A DNA stretch of 63,390 nt, filler included, from Reclinomonas americana ATCC 50394 (GCA_048213135.1; 15 parts of 7 records of this genome joined end to end with filler, not necessarily neighbours in it), one strand, 5' to 3'; numbered from the whole stretch's first letter, positions 40,201 through 54,231 are shown. Program-made: numbers and translations. The notes: a model not told the origin generated them from the sequence alone.

Positions 40201-43200
40201 GCTGCGCGTCATTGCTACGCGAGACGCTGAGTTGCGTATCTTTCGTGCCCACTCGATTCTCTGTCGGTGTCTGTATGTGTCTTCTTTCTTACGAGCATGT
40301 CCAAAAAGACGACAGGGAGCGGTGCTTGTTCCTTTCGTGCTTGTGCCGGCCATTCTCCTTGCGCTCGTTGAATGTGGGTGATGGGCGAGAAAAAGGGTTT
40401 CTTCCTCTCTTCGCGTTTCTCCGCCACTCCCTTCTCCCTTTATGCTCACACCCCCACGCAGCTCTATTCACGGCCTCTCTCTCATTGGTTTCAAGCGGCA
40501 ACGTCACGTATCCCTCGCCATACGAGCCGCGCGTTTTGCGCGTGCTGGCGATTGATATGTTTCGTCAATTCATGTCGACGCTGGATGGCACGCTTTTTCG
40601 CGTCAACTGCCCGGCGTGTAACTCGGTGAGAATGAGGGCAGGGAAAGGGAAAGGGAAGGAGGGGAGAGCAGCTCATTTAAGTTCTCGGTTTTCACTCTCT
40701 CTCCAGCTGTGGGTTCTCTCGCACTCTTGGCTTGCCTGTCCCATTATCTTGTCGTATGTCTCTCTCCCCTGTCTGTCACTGCTCGTTCTGCTCTTTCTTT
40801 CATCTCTCACTGTTTCATGTCTCCCTTGCTCTTTCTTCTTTCTCCCTTCACGCCCTTTTCTTTCCTCACTCCCTTTTTCCTCTTTCTCACTCTCTTTCCC
40901 CTCTCTTCTCACTCCGTTTCTCCTCTCTTCTCACTCTCCTCACTCGCTTTCTCCTCTCTTCTCACTCGCTTTCTCCTCTCTTCTCACTCGCTTTCTCCTC
41001 TCTTCTCGCTCGCTTTCTCACTCGCTTTCTCCTCTCTTCTCACTCGCTTTCTCCTCTCTTCTCACTTCCTTTCTCCTCTCTTCTCACTCTCTTTCTCTTC
41101 TCCTCTCACTCCCTTTCTCCTCTCTTCTCACGCCCTTTCTCCTCTCTTCTCACTCCCTTTCTCCTCCTCCTTCTCCTTTCGCCCTTCTCCTTTCCCCCAT
41201 TCCCCTGCTCTCCGTCTCCTTTCTCATCTCATCCCTTCTCCCTCTTCAAAGACCCGCGACCAAACCCAAGCCACGTTGAACGGCGCCACCTCCTTCAACC
41301 TCTTTGTCTCCGGTCGCGGCCGCACTCCCACTACCACCGCCAACAACGGCACCGTCACGCGAGACACTGGCGACTTTTCCATCGCCGTCTCCATCAATGG
41401 CTTCGATCTGTTCGCCGTCAGCGACGCACCGCCCGTGGCCGCCGTCGTCAATCAGGCCTGCCCTGCCGGACAGCAGTACACGAGCATCGGCTGCCAGTCG
41501 TGCGCAGTGGGACAGTACTCGCTCACCACCTTTGACGAGCAATGCCGAAACTGTCCCACCGACGTCGACTGCAACGGCGGCACCGCGCTTACCCTCGGCT
41601 CCACGCTGTGGACGTTTCCGGTGACAGATGACTGGCGGCTGACGTCGGTGCTCTCCAAGGGCACCAGCGGCTCCGTCATTCAGCCGCCAGCGAGTGGCGA
41701 GATCGTGGCGTACACGTGTCCATTTGATTTCTGCCAGCGGTCGGAGTCCGTTGACATTACGGCGGGTGCTGATTACTGCAACCCGAATGCCAATCGGCTG
41801 TCATCGTCGCCACTGTGTGGGGCGTGTGCGGTGAGTTGGTGGAAGTGGGACAAGTGGGGTTGCGACAAGGGTGCTGTCGTCCTTACTCTGTGTCAGTGCT
41901 GTCTGTCATTCAGTCAGAGACTGTTTGGATGTTCCTTGTTTGTCATGTCGTTCACTGCTCTGCGCCCCGTTCACTTCTTCTTCCAGCCTCGCATTTTCTT
42001 GCCGTCTCGCAGTCAGCCACCTTCGCCCTTTCTTCCTGTTCACTCCCGGCGTTGTGCACCGACACTGGACATTGTCTGCTTGCGCGCTCTCTCTTCTCTG
42101 TTGCCATCTTTGCTGTCAGTTCAGAAGTCACTCTCTCGTCCCCTTGTTGAATAGCCTCTCTTCTCAATACGCTTGCTCTGTTCTGCATCAGGCTACACTT
42201 GCTTGCGTCCTCGACTCCTTCTTGTGTTTCACTTCTGTGACTTGTCCCTCCTCCTTCCCCTTCTCATCTTCACTGATCACTTCTGCCAACAGGACGGCTA
42301 CTCCCACTGGCAAGGCCAATGCATCGAGTGCGAAACGGCCACGCACACTGCTCGCTTTATCACGCTCTTGAAGATGGTCGCCTTTGTGCTCTTTCTGCAC
42401 ATTCTGTTCTCTGGAAGCGAAGGCGGCGGAGGTGAGTTTGCGCGCACAGTTGATCCACCTGGAGCGAGGAAGAATCAGTGAGAGTGAGCGTGTAAGCGTG
42501 CGTGTGTAAGCGTGAGCGTGTAAGCGTGAGCGTGTAAGCGTGCGTGTGCAAGCGTGAGCGTGTAAGGTGTGTGTGCAAGCTTAAGCGNNNNNNNNNNNNN
42601 NNNNNNNNNNNNNNNNNNNNNNNNNNNNNNNTTAATTAATTAANNNNNNNNNNNNNNNNNNNNNNNNNNNNNNNNNNNNNNNNNNNNTTTGTAGGAGAAG
42701 AAACAAGGCAAAGGCCAAGTCTTTTCTTTCTCTTTACAGAGAGAGTGCTTCTCTTGAGAAGTGCATTTCGTTGCCTCTGTTTGAGAAAGAGTGTGTGTCA
42801 CTTTCTTTCTCTTCCACAACGAGGGAGTGAGCGAGAGAGAGTGTATCTCTCGTTATTTGTCTTTTGTTAGAGTGAATGACAGAGATTCGGTGCGTCTCTA
42901 TTTCGCTAACACACAAAGAGAGATGTCTCATGCTTTGATTCTTTTTACAAAGAGTGTGAGCGAGAGAGACTGACTCTGTCTGTTGCATTCTCTTTCACTC
43001 CGAGAGTGGTAATGCTGAATGAATCTCTTCCTTTCTTCCTTTCTGAGAGAGCATGACCGGGAGAGAGATAGAGGGAGTCCACCTCATTCTTTCTTGAAAC
43101 GGTGTGTGTTTCTCTTCCCTTGTTTTCTTTCTCTTCGAGAACAAGTGTGCGTCTCTTTTTTTGGTTTCCTTCCACAAGAGGGTGAATTAGGGCGGTGTGT

Positions 43201-46200
43201 ACATGTATCACTCGTGAATGGGAGAGACACTTTATTTCCTCTATCTTTCTCTATTTGCGTGCGTCTCCTTTCTTCTCGCTTTATTACAAAGAGAGTGTGA
43301 ATGATCTTTCATGGAGAGAGAGAGAGAGAAAAAGAGTACCTGAGAAAGAAGGAGAGTGTGTCTGTGTCTTTATGATCGTGTACGTCGTTTCCAACAACAG
43401 GCAGCGAGCGAGTGAGCAGCAGTGCAGTCCTTCCTTTTCTTAACCTTCCTTTTCTTAACATTCCTCCCTTTGGCCCTCCCTCTCGCTCTTGCCCTCCATA
43501 CAGCCTCCGCCGAAGTCATCATCTTCACCATGCAGACGACCACGCTGCTCTTTTACCCCAATGTCGAGTTGCTGTCATTCGAGCGCCTGCTAGAACTCAT
43601 GCCGATCCAGTTTGGCGGCAACTGTCCATTTCAATTAGATGCCATGGGCGACCTCATCAGTCGCGTCATCTCGCCGCTCGTCTCGCTGGCAATTGCCTGG
43701 GGCATCTACGTCGTGCATCGCCTGCTGTCAATGCTCTTGCACCAGTGTGGATGCGTCCCGCCACCGGTGATCCGACCAGCGTCTTCCGCCAGCAAGAGCT
43801 ACCTGCGGTACATTGGCATGCTGGCGAGGTCGTCGGCTCCACACCGCTACATCAGGACCTCCATTGTGCTGCTGTTGTCGGCGTACGAGGGCTGGGCCGA
43901 GGCCGTGGTCATCTTTTTCTCCTCGTGCACTCGTGTCGGTCAGTCGCGGGTGGTGCTGTTTGCGCCGAGCATTGTGTGCTTTTCTGGAGTGTTGCGTCTT
44001 GTTTTCTTGCAAGAGAGAAAGATAAGTGCGCTCTCGTCGCCTCACTCTCTCCACATCATCGCAGGTGGGTGCAAGTGGCGCCACTCTTTGGATTTCTTCT
44101 GCTGGTGGTGGTGATGACGCCGATTGGTCTCGTGTGGTGGACGTTGCGATTGCGGCAGCAGCGTCGACTGCACGACAAGATGCTGCATCGCAGTGTGGGC
44201 ATGTTGTTTCAGCATTTTCGGCCGCCGGTGGTGTGGTATCAAGGTGATTGGGGAAGGAGAAGGGAGGATGGGAGAGAAAAGGGGAAGGGACGACAGCGAG
44301 AAAGGAGAGGGTGACGAGGAATAGAAGAAGACGATGAAGAGAGAAGGGAGTGAGAGGAGAAAGAAAGAGTGTGAGAGAGAGATCATGAGCGAGCAGAATG
44401 GAGAGAGAATTGAAGTACAAGTGTTTGAGGGAGTTGGAGAGTGAGGATCGTTTGTGTCTGTGTGAGAAATGACGTCGACGAGGCTGCAGAGTGGACGTGG
44501 AGCATTACATTCTGTTATGTGTTGCTCGTACTCGAATGATTAAGAAAACGGAAGCTGTGTGGAAGCATGGGTAATAGAATACACTCATGCCAACTGTGTT
44601 GAATGGATGTAATCAGATGTAAAATTGTGTTAGTGATTACGCGTGGGTGCTTGGGAGTGGCAGCAAGGACAAGATAGTTGCCAGTTGTTTGACTCATTGC
44701 ATCCCCACACCACAGCCTACCAACTCACTCGCCGTCTGATCCTCGTTCTGGTATTGTTCCCGCTGGCGGCATACGATTTGCTGGACATTCTGCCGCTGGC
44801 GTTGTGGCTGGTGTGTGTCGTGTTCTTGGCCATTCACTTGTTTGTTCGGCCGAATGAGCATCACGGTGACAATCGATTGGAGGTGAGTGCGGTGGGTGGG
44901 AGGGAAGGGGAAAGTTGAAGAGAGGATCGGATCAGAGTGCACTCGTTGTCGGTCAACAGAAATGCGCACTCTTGCGAGTGAGACTGCATGTATTAAGCGC
45001 TTCATTCGCCACACTGCAAGAATGTGACGATTATCGTTGTGAGTTGCTATTTACCAAGTCACCTACCCTTTTGTCAACCCCCGTACCTCTTTGCAGTCTC
45101 CATTGTGTTTCCTGTTCTCATGATGTGGCACCAACACGTATCTCTCTGTATGCAACCACCTACGCTTTTGCATCGTGATTGAGATCCTGATCTTGTGTGT
45201 GTTTGTGTATTGCACGCTGCGCGAGTGTCTGTGTTGCAATCTTTGTTGCATATAGAACAATGGAGCATCCGCAACAATTAGGGCTTGAGATTGACTCTCT
45301 GCATCTATATCTATATCACCTAGTCAGATTTAGAGTCTATTGTTGTACAAGGAAAGCACACGAGACTTGTTGTCGACCACTGGTAGAGATAGATCTAGAT
45401 GCGTATTGTTGTATATGGATCAGTGAAGTTTCTCTTCCGATGGACTTGTTCACTTCCCAACTGTCACTAACGACAACTAACTTCTCCCCTATTCTCTTCC
45501 CCCCGTCCCCGTCCCCGTCCCTTTCCCCGTCTCCCTTCTCCTTTATTCCCCCTTTCCCTTCTCCTTCCCCTTATCGCAGGCCATCGGTCTCGGCAGCCTG
45601 GTCGTCATTTCCACCATTTTCGCCTCCCGCGCCTCGGTGCGCTTCAAGACCGTCACCAGCATCACCATTCTCGTCGTGGTCAGCGTGATTCTCATCAGTC
45701 CGCTGGTGTGGGACTCGGTCCGCCGCCTAATCGACTGCCTCCGTCGCCGACAATGCTGTCGCTGTTGTTGTGGCGGTGCTCGTGGAAAGAAGACGCCAGT
45801 GATGTACATGTCGGGTGAGTGGGAAAGGAGAGAATGTGTTCATGAATTCTACGAATCTCATTCAAGCGATGCACAGATGCTGAAGTCGGGGCGCGGCCTC
45901 TGGAGTTGACATGTGAGTGGCATCTCTTTATTTGCAAGCAATGAATTTGTGTCTCACCGTTGCATGTCGGCTGCAGCGCTGCAACTGCTGCACCGCACGC
46001 AGGGCTCGGATATCAGGGACGACAGCGCGCGCACCGACACCTTGTCTGATCCGGCAGCGGAGGACTCCGATGCACTGTTAACGCATCGACGCGGTTCACT
46101 GCCGCCACCCCCGCTGCCGCCACCGCCAGAGGATGTGTTATCGCCGTCGCAGCTGTCGGAGCTGCGCGGCATGACGCCGTCCATCACAGTGAACTCATCG

Positions 46201-46344
46201 AGTCGGCAGCTCGACCTTTTGCCGTTGCCGCAGTCGCCGGTGGACGATCAGTCGCTGGATGAGGATGTCGGAGTGGCGATGCCGGTGGGTGCCGCCGACC
46301 TGGCCAGCTGTTCGGTGTTGACGGAGACCGGGCGATTTCGATGA
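27756..46344 (+). CDS. Very large intron-rich membrane protein: signal peptide, Pmp-like GGA(I/L)/FxxN right-handed beta-helix repeats, Cys-rich GCC2/GCC3-like module, multi-pass TM C-terminus
   Basis: Start [28 protein letters not shown]. Exons 27756-27909, 27971-28168, 28598-29604, many short exons 29660-36240, 37622-~39560 (repeated GGG(A)I/L and FxxN), ~41252-41830 ([44 protein letters not shown]), TM exons ~42293-42431, 43504-~44243, ~44717-44882, 45580-45814, and a last Pro/Ser-rich exon ~45977-46344. Confidence 0.8.
32294..32571. repeat. Intronic ~146-bp direct duplication
   Basis: gaagtgtgct..tctctcgcgatcatcatctctct...ccctgatcaatctctgcctg occurs at ~32294 and ~32440. Confidence 0.85.
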
Positions 46345-46704
46345 ATGTTAGTTTTTTGTAAAGACAATGAATTGTTTATGGTAGATATGTTACCGCGCAG
46401 CAGCTTTGTTGGGTTTGTATGCCAGTGAGTATTATCTTGAAAAGAGGAGAGCCGCGACGTACTTGGTGACAACGAGGTTGCCTTTGGAACGAAGAACCAA
46501 CACGGATCGCTTGCTGTCGAAACTGTGCAGCTGCGCCGCGCGCCAATACCGTCTCTCTGAAATGCAGTTCACGTTGTTCCAACAACAAACGGGTTCAGAT
46601 CTTCATCTTGAGCCGATCTCTTCCGTGCAGTACGTGGGCGCAGTACGTGGGTGCAATCGCACTGCACGCGAACGAGCTTGACTCTGAGACCGTGCAATGC
46701 CGTT

Positions 46705-46910
46705 GCCAGAATCAACAAGCGGCAGTGACAACTCCCGTGAGCAACACCATCTTCAACGACAACCACTCAACTACATCTCAGCTCCTTCCCGAATTTAATT
46801 GCACGTTGCCTGGCTTTGTTGGGTTTTCCTATGTGTTCTGACACCAACACCTCTTGCTATCTTTCTGCATTCCTTTGTGGAATTCGGCGTCAAATCCGTG
46901 CTTGTCACGA
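46705..46910 (+). repeat. Dispersed repeat copy A (inverted relative to 59627-59840), cut by gap
   Basis: gaatcaacaagcggcagtgacaactcccgtgagcaac...gggttttcctatgtgttctgacaccaacac...ggaattcggcgtcaaatcc matches the reverse complement of copy B. Confidence 0.9.
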
Positions 46911-47869
46911 NNNNNNNNNNNNNNNNNNNNNNNNNNNNNNNNNNNNNNNNNNNNNNNNNNNNNNNNNNNNNNNNNNNNNNNNNNNNNNNNNNNNNNNNNN
47001 NNNNNNNNNNNNNNNNNNNNNNNNNNNNNNNNNNNNNNNNNNNNNNNNNNNNNNNNNNNNNNNNNNNNNNNNNNNNNNNNNNNNNNNNNNNNNNNNNNNN
47101 NNNNNNNNNNNNNNNNNNNNNNNNNNNNNNNNNNNNNNNNNNNNNNNNNNNNNNNNNNNNNNNNNNNNNNNNNNNNNNNNNNNNNNNNNNNNNNNNNNNN
47201 NNNNNNNNNNNNNNNNNNNNNNNNNNNNNNNNNNNNNNNNNNNNNNNNNNNNNNNNNNNNNNNNNNNNNNNNNNNNNNNNNNNNNNNNNNNNNNNNNNNN
47301 NNNNNNNNNNNNNNNNNNNNNNNNNNNNNNNNNNNNNNNNNNNNNNNNNNNNNNNNNNNNNNNNNNNNNNNNNNNNNNNNNNNNNNNNNNNNNNNNNNNN
47401 NNNNNNNNNNNNNNNNNNNNNNNNNNNNNNNNNNNNNNNNNNNNNNNNNNNNNNNNNNNNNNNNNNNNNNNNNNNNNNNNNNNNNNNNNNNNNNNNNNNN
47501 NNNNNNNNNNNNNNNNNNNNNNNNNNNNNNNNNNNNNNNNNNNNNNNNNNNNNNNNNNNNNNNNNNNNNNNNNNNNNNNNNNNNNNNNNNNNNNNNNNNN
47601 NNNNNNNNNNNNNNNNNNNNNNNNNNNNNNNNNNNNNNNNNNNNNNNNNNNNNNNNNNNNNNNNNNNNNNNNNNNNNNNNNNNNNNNNNNNNNNNNNNNN
47701 NNNNNNNNNNNNNNNNNNNNNNNNNNNNNNNNNNNNNNNNNNNNNNNNNNNNNNNNNNNNNNNNNNNNNNNNNNNNNNNNNNNNNNNNNNNNNNNNNNNN
47801 NNNNNNNNNNNNNNNNNNNNNNNNNNNNNNNNNTCATGCTCTCGAGCGTATAATCAGTGTTTTGCAATC

Positions 47870-48245
47870 AACTCTTGATCGGTATGAGTGCAATCTGTGT
47901 CTCTCCTATAACCTCAACCCTTGATCGGTGTGTGTATGTGCGATCAATGTCTCCCTCCACCCCTCGACCCTTGATCGGTGTGTGCGTGTGATCAGTGTCT
48001 GCTCTCCGCACCCTTGACCCTTGATCGGTGTGTGCGTGCAATCAGTGTCTCTCTCCACCCCTTGACCCTTGATCGGTGTGTGCGTGTGATCAGTATCTCT
48101 CTCCACCCATGACTCTTGATCTGCGTGTGATCAGTGTCTCTCTCCACCCCTAACCCTTGATCGGCGTGTGCGTGCAATCAATGTATCTCTCCCCTCAACC
48201 TAGTATCGGTGTGTGTGATCAGTGCTGCCACCCTCGACCCCTTGA
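47870..48245. repeat. ~40-50 bp minisatellite (cccttgatcggtgtgtgcgtgtgatcagtgtctctctccacc), about 8 copies
   Basis: Read directly; immediately downstream of the HAD gene stop. Confidence 0.88.
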
Positions 48246-48264
48246 TGTGAACAAGCGTCAACAG

Positions 48265-51082
48265 CTATACTGATTTCCCTTCCTCCTGCAGTCTCAACAG
48301 CGCCGCCTCTGCCTCCTGCCAACTTTGCACGACCTCGGCACCAGTCGGCAGTGTCACCATGCGGCTCCACGGATATGTGCCGTTCAGGTTGAAGAGCAGG
48401 CCCTGTTGACGCATGCGTGAGGCGAGTGTGAATGCACATGTTGCGGAGAACAAGAAAAACCTTGATGCCAGCAGCCGTCACGTCCTCAATGTACTGCGAA
48501 TGGCAACAACAGGTGAGATGTAGCAGACAGAATGCCTTGCCCGCTTTCTCTTCTTCAACGCAACATGAGGTGCATCGTCAATGAGAGCCTGCGCGCCCAC
48601 GTCGAGGCACATGTCACTCTTAGAGCGCTTGAGGCCTTCGCGACCGTAGTGATTGCCTGGCACCATACGAAGGAGTGTAAGAAGATATTCGAGGACGAAA
48701 GACAGCGTGGGGTGAGAATCAAGCGGCGGGAGACGCAGTGGGGGGGGGGGGGGGAAGAGGTGGGAGGGAGACGGAGTGGGAGGGAGGACGGAGTGGGAGG
48801 GAGACGGAGTGGGAGGGAGACGGAGTGGGAGGGAGACGGAGTGGGAGGGAGACGGAGTGGGAGGGAGACGGAGTGGGAGGGAGACGGAGTGGGAGGGAGA
48901 CGGAGTGGGAGGGAGACGGAGTGGGAGGGAGACAGAGTGGGAGGAGAGGAGTGGGAGGAGAGGAGTGGGAGGAGACGGAGTNNNNNNNNNNNNNNNNNNN
49001 NNNNNNNNNNNNNNNNNNNNNNNNNTTAATTAATTAANNNNNNNNNNNNNNNNNNNNNNNNNNNNNNNNNNNNNNNNNNNNGGAGTGGGGGGAGACGGAG
49101 TGGGGGGAGACGGAGTGGGGGGAGACGGAGTGGGGGGAGACGGAGTGGGAAAGGGAGAGAGACACAGAGATAGAGAGACAGAGAGATTAACAAAGAAAAA
49201 AGTCAATGGATGCAAAGAAAACGATGAGCAAAGACAACCGCACATTGATGGCCTTTCCGCACCCTCTTCCAGCCATTACTCACCCAGCATCACGCCCTCG
49301 AACACCCCCGGATAGTGCGCGCCGAGCCAGTCCTTGGTCGCCTGCTCCAGAAACGCCTGGCGCGAGGTGACGACCACGAAACGGAATCCGTGCTGCGTCT
49401 GCAGTCGCTGGAGGGTTTCGCAGGCGCCGGGCACAGGTGGCAGGCTCTCAAAGTGCTCCGAGCGAAGGAATTTGTCCACGCGGTCTTGGCATTCCTGTGA
49501 GAAGGGGAAGAGTAGGCACGACGCAGGGAAGCGAGGGGAATGTCGAGAGAAAACAAAGAGCAGAGAGAGAAAGGGTGGGATAAGAGAAGAGACGCAGTGA
49601 GAGACTGAGAGAGCAACAAGAGAAGAGGAGAGTGAGAAGACAAGAGGAAGCAAAGAGCAGAAGAAAGAAGAGACAGGCAGGGAGTAAAAAGATGACGGCG
49701 TGAGGGCGAAGAAGACGAGGACTACAGTGAAGGGTGCACAAGGCCATGAACGACAGTCATGTGCGTGAATGAGTCGACGGAGTAAAATGCACAAGATACA
49801 ATGCCACCACACGCAGGCACAGATGACAGCGATGTGAGGATGGAGAACAGGCAGTCATGCAGAGCGTGCAATGACGCCTACACACAAGCACAGATGACAG
49901 CGATGTGAGAATAGAGAACAGGGAGTCGTGCAGAGCGTGCAATGACGCCTACACACAAGCACAGATGACAGCGATGTGAGGATTGAGAACAGGGAGTCGT
50001 GCAGAGCGCGCAATGCCACCCACACACGACACAGATGACAGCAATGTGAGGATTGAGAACAGGGAGTCATGTGGAGCATGCAATGACGCCTACACACAAG
50101 CACAGATGACAGCGATGTGAGGATTGAGAACAGGGAGTCGTGCAGAGCGCGCGATGACGCCTACACACGAGCACAGATGACAGCGATGTGATGATTGAGA
50201 ACAGGGAGTCATGTAGAGCGTGCAATGACGCCTACACACAGACACAGATGACAGCGATGTGAGGATTGAGAACACGGAGTCGTGCAGAGGGTGCAATGAC
50301 GCCTACACACAGGCACAGATGATTGCGATATGGAGATTGAGAGGACGAAGTCATGTACAGCGTGCAATGACAACTGCTCTTGACACAGACGCCAATGATG
50401 TGGAGAATGAGATCGACAGAGTGTTGCATGTTGTTGCACAAACACAGAGCGAACTGGGGTGAGAGAGAAGCAAGAACCATGTGGCACGAGCAATTGCCTG
50501 ACGAGAGATGCACAAGGGCGAAGCCGCCTTTTGCTGGAATATTCTATATCTTTCAACGCAACGTCCTTGTGGCAGCCCCATACCTCCCAAAAGGAGTATG
50601 AGTGGAAGTGCGAGATGTCGTGTGCGGTGCCGTATCTGAGGAACACGCAAGGGAGTGAGCGAGGAGCGAGAAAAGTTTACAAAAGTGATGTGTCCAAAAC
50701 TCTTGATTGTGGAACTCCGCCAGCCGGGGCACAAAATGGCCAAGCACTGCGCAGATTGCGGTGAGAGAAGAAGGCACGGGGAGCACAGAGGAAGGAGAGG
50801 GGAGTGTGTGTTGAAAACGAGAGAGCGACGAGGGTGAGGGAGTTGCAGAATGTAGAATGCAGACGATTCAGGGAGATTGCGAAGGATTGAGGAACGCGTG
50901 ACGAATGAGAGAGCACAAAGGTGACGCGCAACCTCTCACTCGTACAAGTGATCACCGGGACACATCTCACTCACGCACGATCAGGTGAGCTGCAAACTCC
51001 GACAATGCCAAACAACATTCTTCTCCATCACACAAACACAGTTCACAGCAAGTCCACCCTTCCCTTCCCTGTCGCCTTCGAG

Positions 51083-51150
<68 letters not shown>

Positions 51151-51537
51151 NNNNNNNNNNNNNNNNNNNNNNNNNNNNNNNNNNNNNNNNNNNNTTAATT
51201 AATTAANNNNNNNNNNNNNNNNNNNNNNNNNNNNNNNNNNNNNNNNNNNNAGAGAGAGAGAGAGAGAGAGAGAAGGGGAAGAGAAAAAGAGGGGAATGAG
51301 AGTGAGAAGAAAAGAGGGCGAGAGACAGAGCATCTGGGAAAGAGGAATGGAGGAATGGAAGGACAGAGGGAGGGAAAGAGAGGCACCCTGCTGTCTTGCT
51401 CTCTCGCTGCGCGACACACCCGACAATGGAGGAAGCGATCGTGCGTCTCTGTCTCTTCTCTATTTCCATCCATCACTCATCCCTTCTCCTCTCTCACTCT
51501 TTCTCTCACCCTCATCCAAATCCACCGCCACCAGCAT
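48265..51537 (-). CDS. HAD-superfamily 5'(3')-deoxyribonucleotidase (NT5C-like), multi-exon
   Basis: Exon 51510-51537 MLVAVDLDE joins the exon starting 50746 (V-LGHFVPRLAEFHNQ), giving DxD motif I. Then YGTAHDISHFHSYSFWEVWG, LPPVPGACETLQRL..FVVVTSRQ (motif II), SKSDMC..ALIDD (motifs III/IV), YPWS..VQSWQE, and a stop at 48265-48267. Confidence 0.88.
48770..49150. repeat. 17-bp (gggagggagacggagtg) and related 15-bp G-rich intronic tandem repeats
   Basis: Read directly on both sides of the gap. Confidence 0.9.
49795..50365. repeat. 71-bp intronic minisatellite, about 8 copies
   Basis: Unit gcagagcgtgcaatgacgcctacacacaagcacagatgacagcgatgtgaggattgagaacagggagtcgt. Confidence 0.92.
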
Positions 51538-52384
51538 TCTCTCTCGCAAACAAACACACTTCACCGCAATCCACAGTCCATTCATTCCATCACCCTATCG
51601 GCGACACGAAATTTCCCCGTCAATTGTTGTTTTTTTGTTTGTTTGCGGGTGAGTTTCGCTCCTTCTCTTTCTCTCTCTCGCTCTCTTTCTCTCAGAGGCA
51701 CACAGCGCGCACACGCCTGTCTTTCCCTTATCAGTGTGTGTGTTCTCGCACACACACACGCGCGCACATTGTTCGCTGGGCGATTTTTTGTGTGGGGTGT
51801 GTGACTGTTTTTCGTTACGCTCTCTCTCTGTGTGTGTGAGGGCGCGTGCCTCCACTCACACAAAAACTAAAAACAAACGTATGTGCGCTCTCTCGTGCTC
51901 TCTGTCTCTTGCTCTGTCTCTTTGTGGCACAACTCCCACGCGCGCGTCACTGCGCTCTCTCCTGTCCGCAACCGAATCCACGCAGGCACGCGCTCACTCA
52001 CACACTTTGTCTCTCTCTCTCACACACACATCATGTCGTGTGTGTCTTGCGTCGTCATGACAGCGTGTGATTGCTGTCCTTCACATTCACGTGCGCGTGA
52101 GTTCAAGTTGTGTGCGTCTCTCTCTCTCTCTTGTCAGTGTCGCTCTGTCGTGGAGGAGATCGCTTTTGTCGCGGTCGCATTCGCGGTGCCTTTTTTTGTC
52201 GCGCAGAAAAAAATCTCCCTTGTCGCCTGTTGTGCCTTGCCACACAGCCTTTCCCTCGAGTTCTTCAATCGCTGCCTCTTTCTCTCCTCGTCGTCTCCAG
52301 CAAGTCTCTCTCTCTCGCTCTCTCCATCTCTTCCTCTCTCTCTCTCCTCGCTCTCTCTCTCTCTCTCCACCTCTCCTCTCTCTG

Positions 52385-52419
<35 letters not shown>

Positions 52420-53178
52420 TTTCTCTCCCTCCCTCCCTTCTTTGTTTCCCGTGTTTCTGTTGGATTCAGCCGCTGGCCACTCTTCTCTCTCGTCTCTCCG
52501 CCTCTTCTCTCTCTTTCTGTCTTCTTCTCTCTCTCTCTCTCTCCTCCTCTCTCTCTCTCTCTGCTTTCTTTCTCTCTCTCTCTCTCTGCTTTCTCTCCCT
52601 CCCTTCTTTGTTTTCCGTGCCTCTGTTGGATTCAGCCGATGTCCACTCTTCTCTCGTCTCTCCACCTCTTCTCTCTCTTTCTCTGTCTTTCTCTCTCTCG
52701 CTCTTCTCTCTCTTCTTCGCTCTCCTGCTGTGCTTCTGTTGGATTCACCTGCTCTCCACTCCTCTCTCGTCTCTTCTCCTCCTTATCTCCCCCTCCCTTC
52801 TGCCATGCGTCCGCTCGCTCTCTTCGTCGTTCACTTCTCTGTTCTACCTGCCATTCCAGCCTTGTCTCCCGCCTCATGTTTCTCATCCCTCACTCTCCAC
52901 CCTTCGCTTGTCACGCTGCTGCCGATCCTACCGCCCATCCTTGTTCGTCCAATCGCTTCCTTGCTCTCTTTATCCGCCGCTCGGCGCCACCTCTCACATC
53001 GGTTTGTCGTGTTCGTCTCCTCGCCTAATTTCTTTACCGCTCTCCTTCCCTTTTGGTCTCAAGTCCTCTCCTCTGTCATTCTCCTGGCACCGCCACCCTT
53101 TCCCTCATACCCTTCCCTTCACACCCTTTCTCCTTCCCCATCCTTTCCCTCACATCCCTTTCCCTCACGCAGATCACC

Positions 53179-54200
53179 ATGACCCAACCATCCCGAAGCC
53201 TACCACCACTGCCCGACCTTGACGGCCGCCTCCATCTGAAGTTCTCCGGCCCCACACTGGTCTCCAACTGGGTCATTCCCGGCATTATCTGCCAAGGCCC
53301 GTTTCCTGGTGAGCTTTTATCTCTTCACAAAGGGATCGCCCATTTGCTCACTCCCTCTCCCACAGGCAACATTGTGAACGAGAGCCAAGTGTCCAACCTC
53401 ACATCGCTGGCCGATTCAGGTGCGTCCTGTTTGGGAAAGGAATGCTACTCTCTCCCCTCCGCTCACCTCTTCCTTGCCCCACCCCAGGCCTGGACACGTT
53501 TGTGTGCGTGCAACGCGAGTTTAACCCCGAATCCACCACTGGCGAGCATGCTGGCTCACGGCGGAAAATGGCCAACTACCTCGCGGACGCGTCGCGCATT
53601 CTGAGTCTGCGAGACCGCGAGTTCAAATTTATGCAGCTGTCGGTGGAAGGTGTGTCTCGCGCATACACATTCTCTCTTTCTCATTATCACCTTCACGCAC
53701 TCTGTTCGGCGCTCAAGTACCCTTCGATATTCACCGCCACTCTCCCTCTCTTTCTCTCTCTCTCTCACACACACACGCGCCTCCACGCTCTCTGGTGTGC
53801 ACTCAAGTGCCTTTTGATATTCACCCCCCGGTGCCTCGCACAAGCTCTCTCCCTCTCTTTCTCTCTCTCTTTCTCTCTCTCTCTCCCCTTCACGCACTCT
53901 GTTGTGCACTCGATTACCCTTTTGATTACCCGATTGCCCTTTGATTCTCATCTCCTCCTCCCCGGTGTCCCGCACACACGCTCCTTCTCTGTCCCTCTCT
54001 TTTTCTCTCTCTCTCTCTCTCGCCTTCACGCACCCAAGAACCCTTTGATTCTCACCGCCTCCTGTCCCGTCACTCTCTCCCTCTCTTTCTCTCCCCCCTC
54101 ATGCACTCTGTTGTGCACTCGATCACCCTTTGATTACTCGATTGCCCTTTGATTCTCGTCGCCTCCTATTCGGTGCCTCGCACTCTCTCTCTCTCTCCTC

Positions 54201-54231
<31 letters not shown>

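Noticed and set aside
49795..50365. 71-bp and ~45-bp minisatellites as further microexon arrays
   Set aside because: No fixed AG/variable/GT core was found in the units; treated as ordinary minisatellites.
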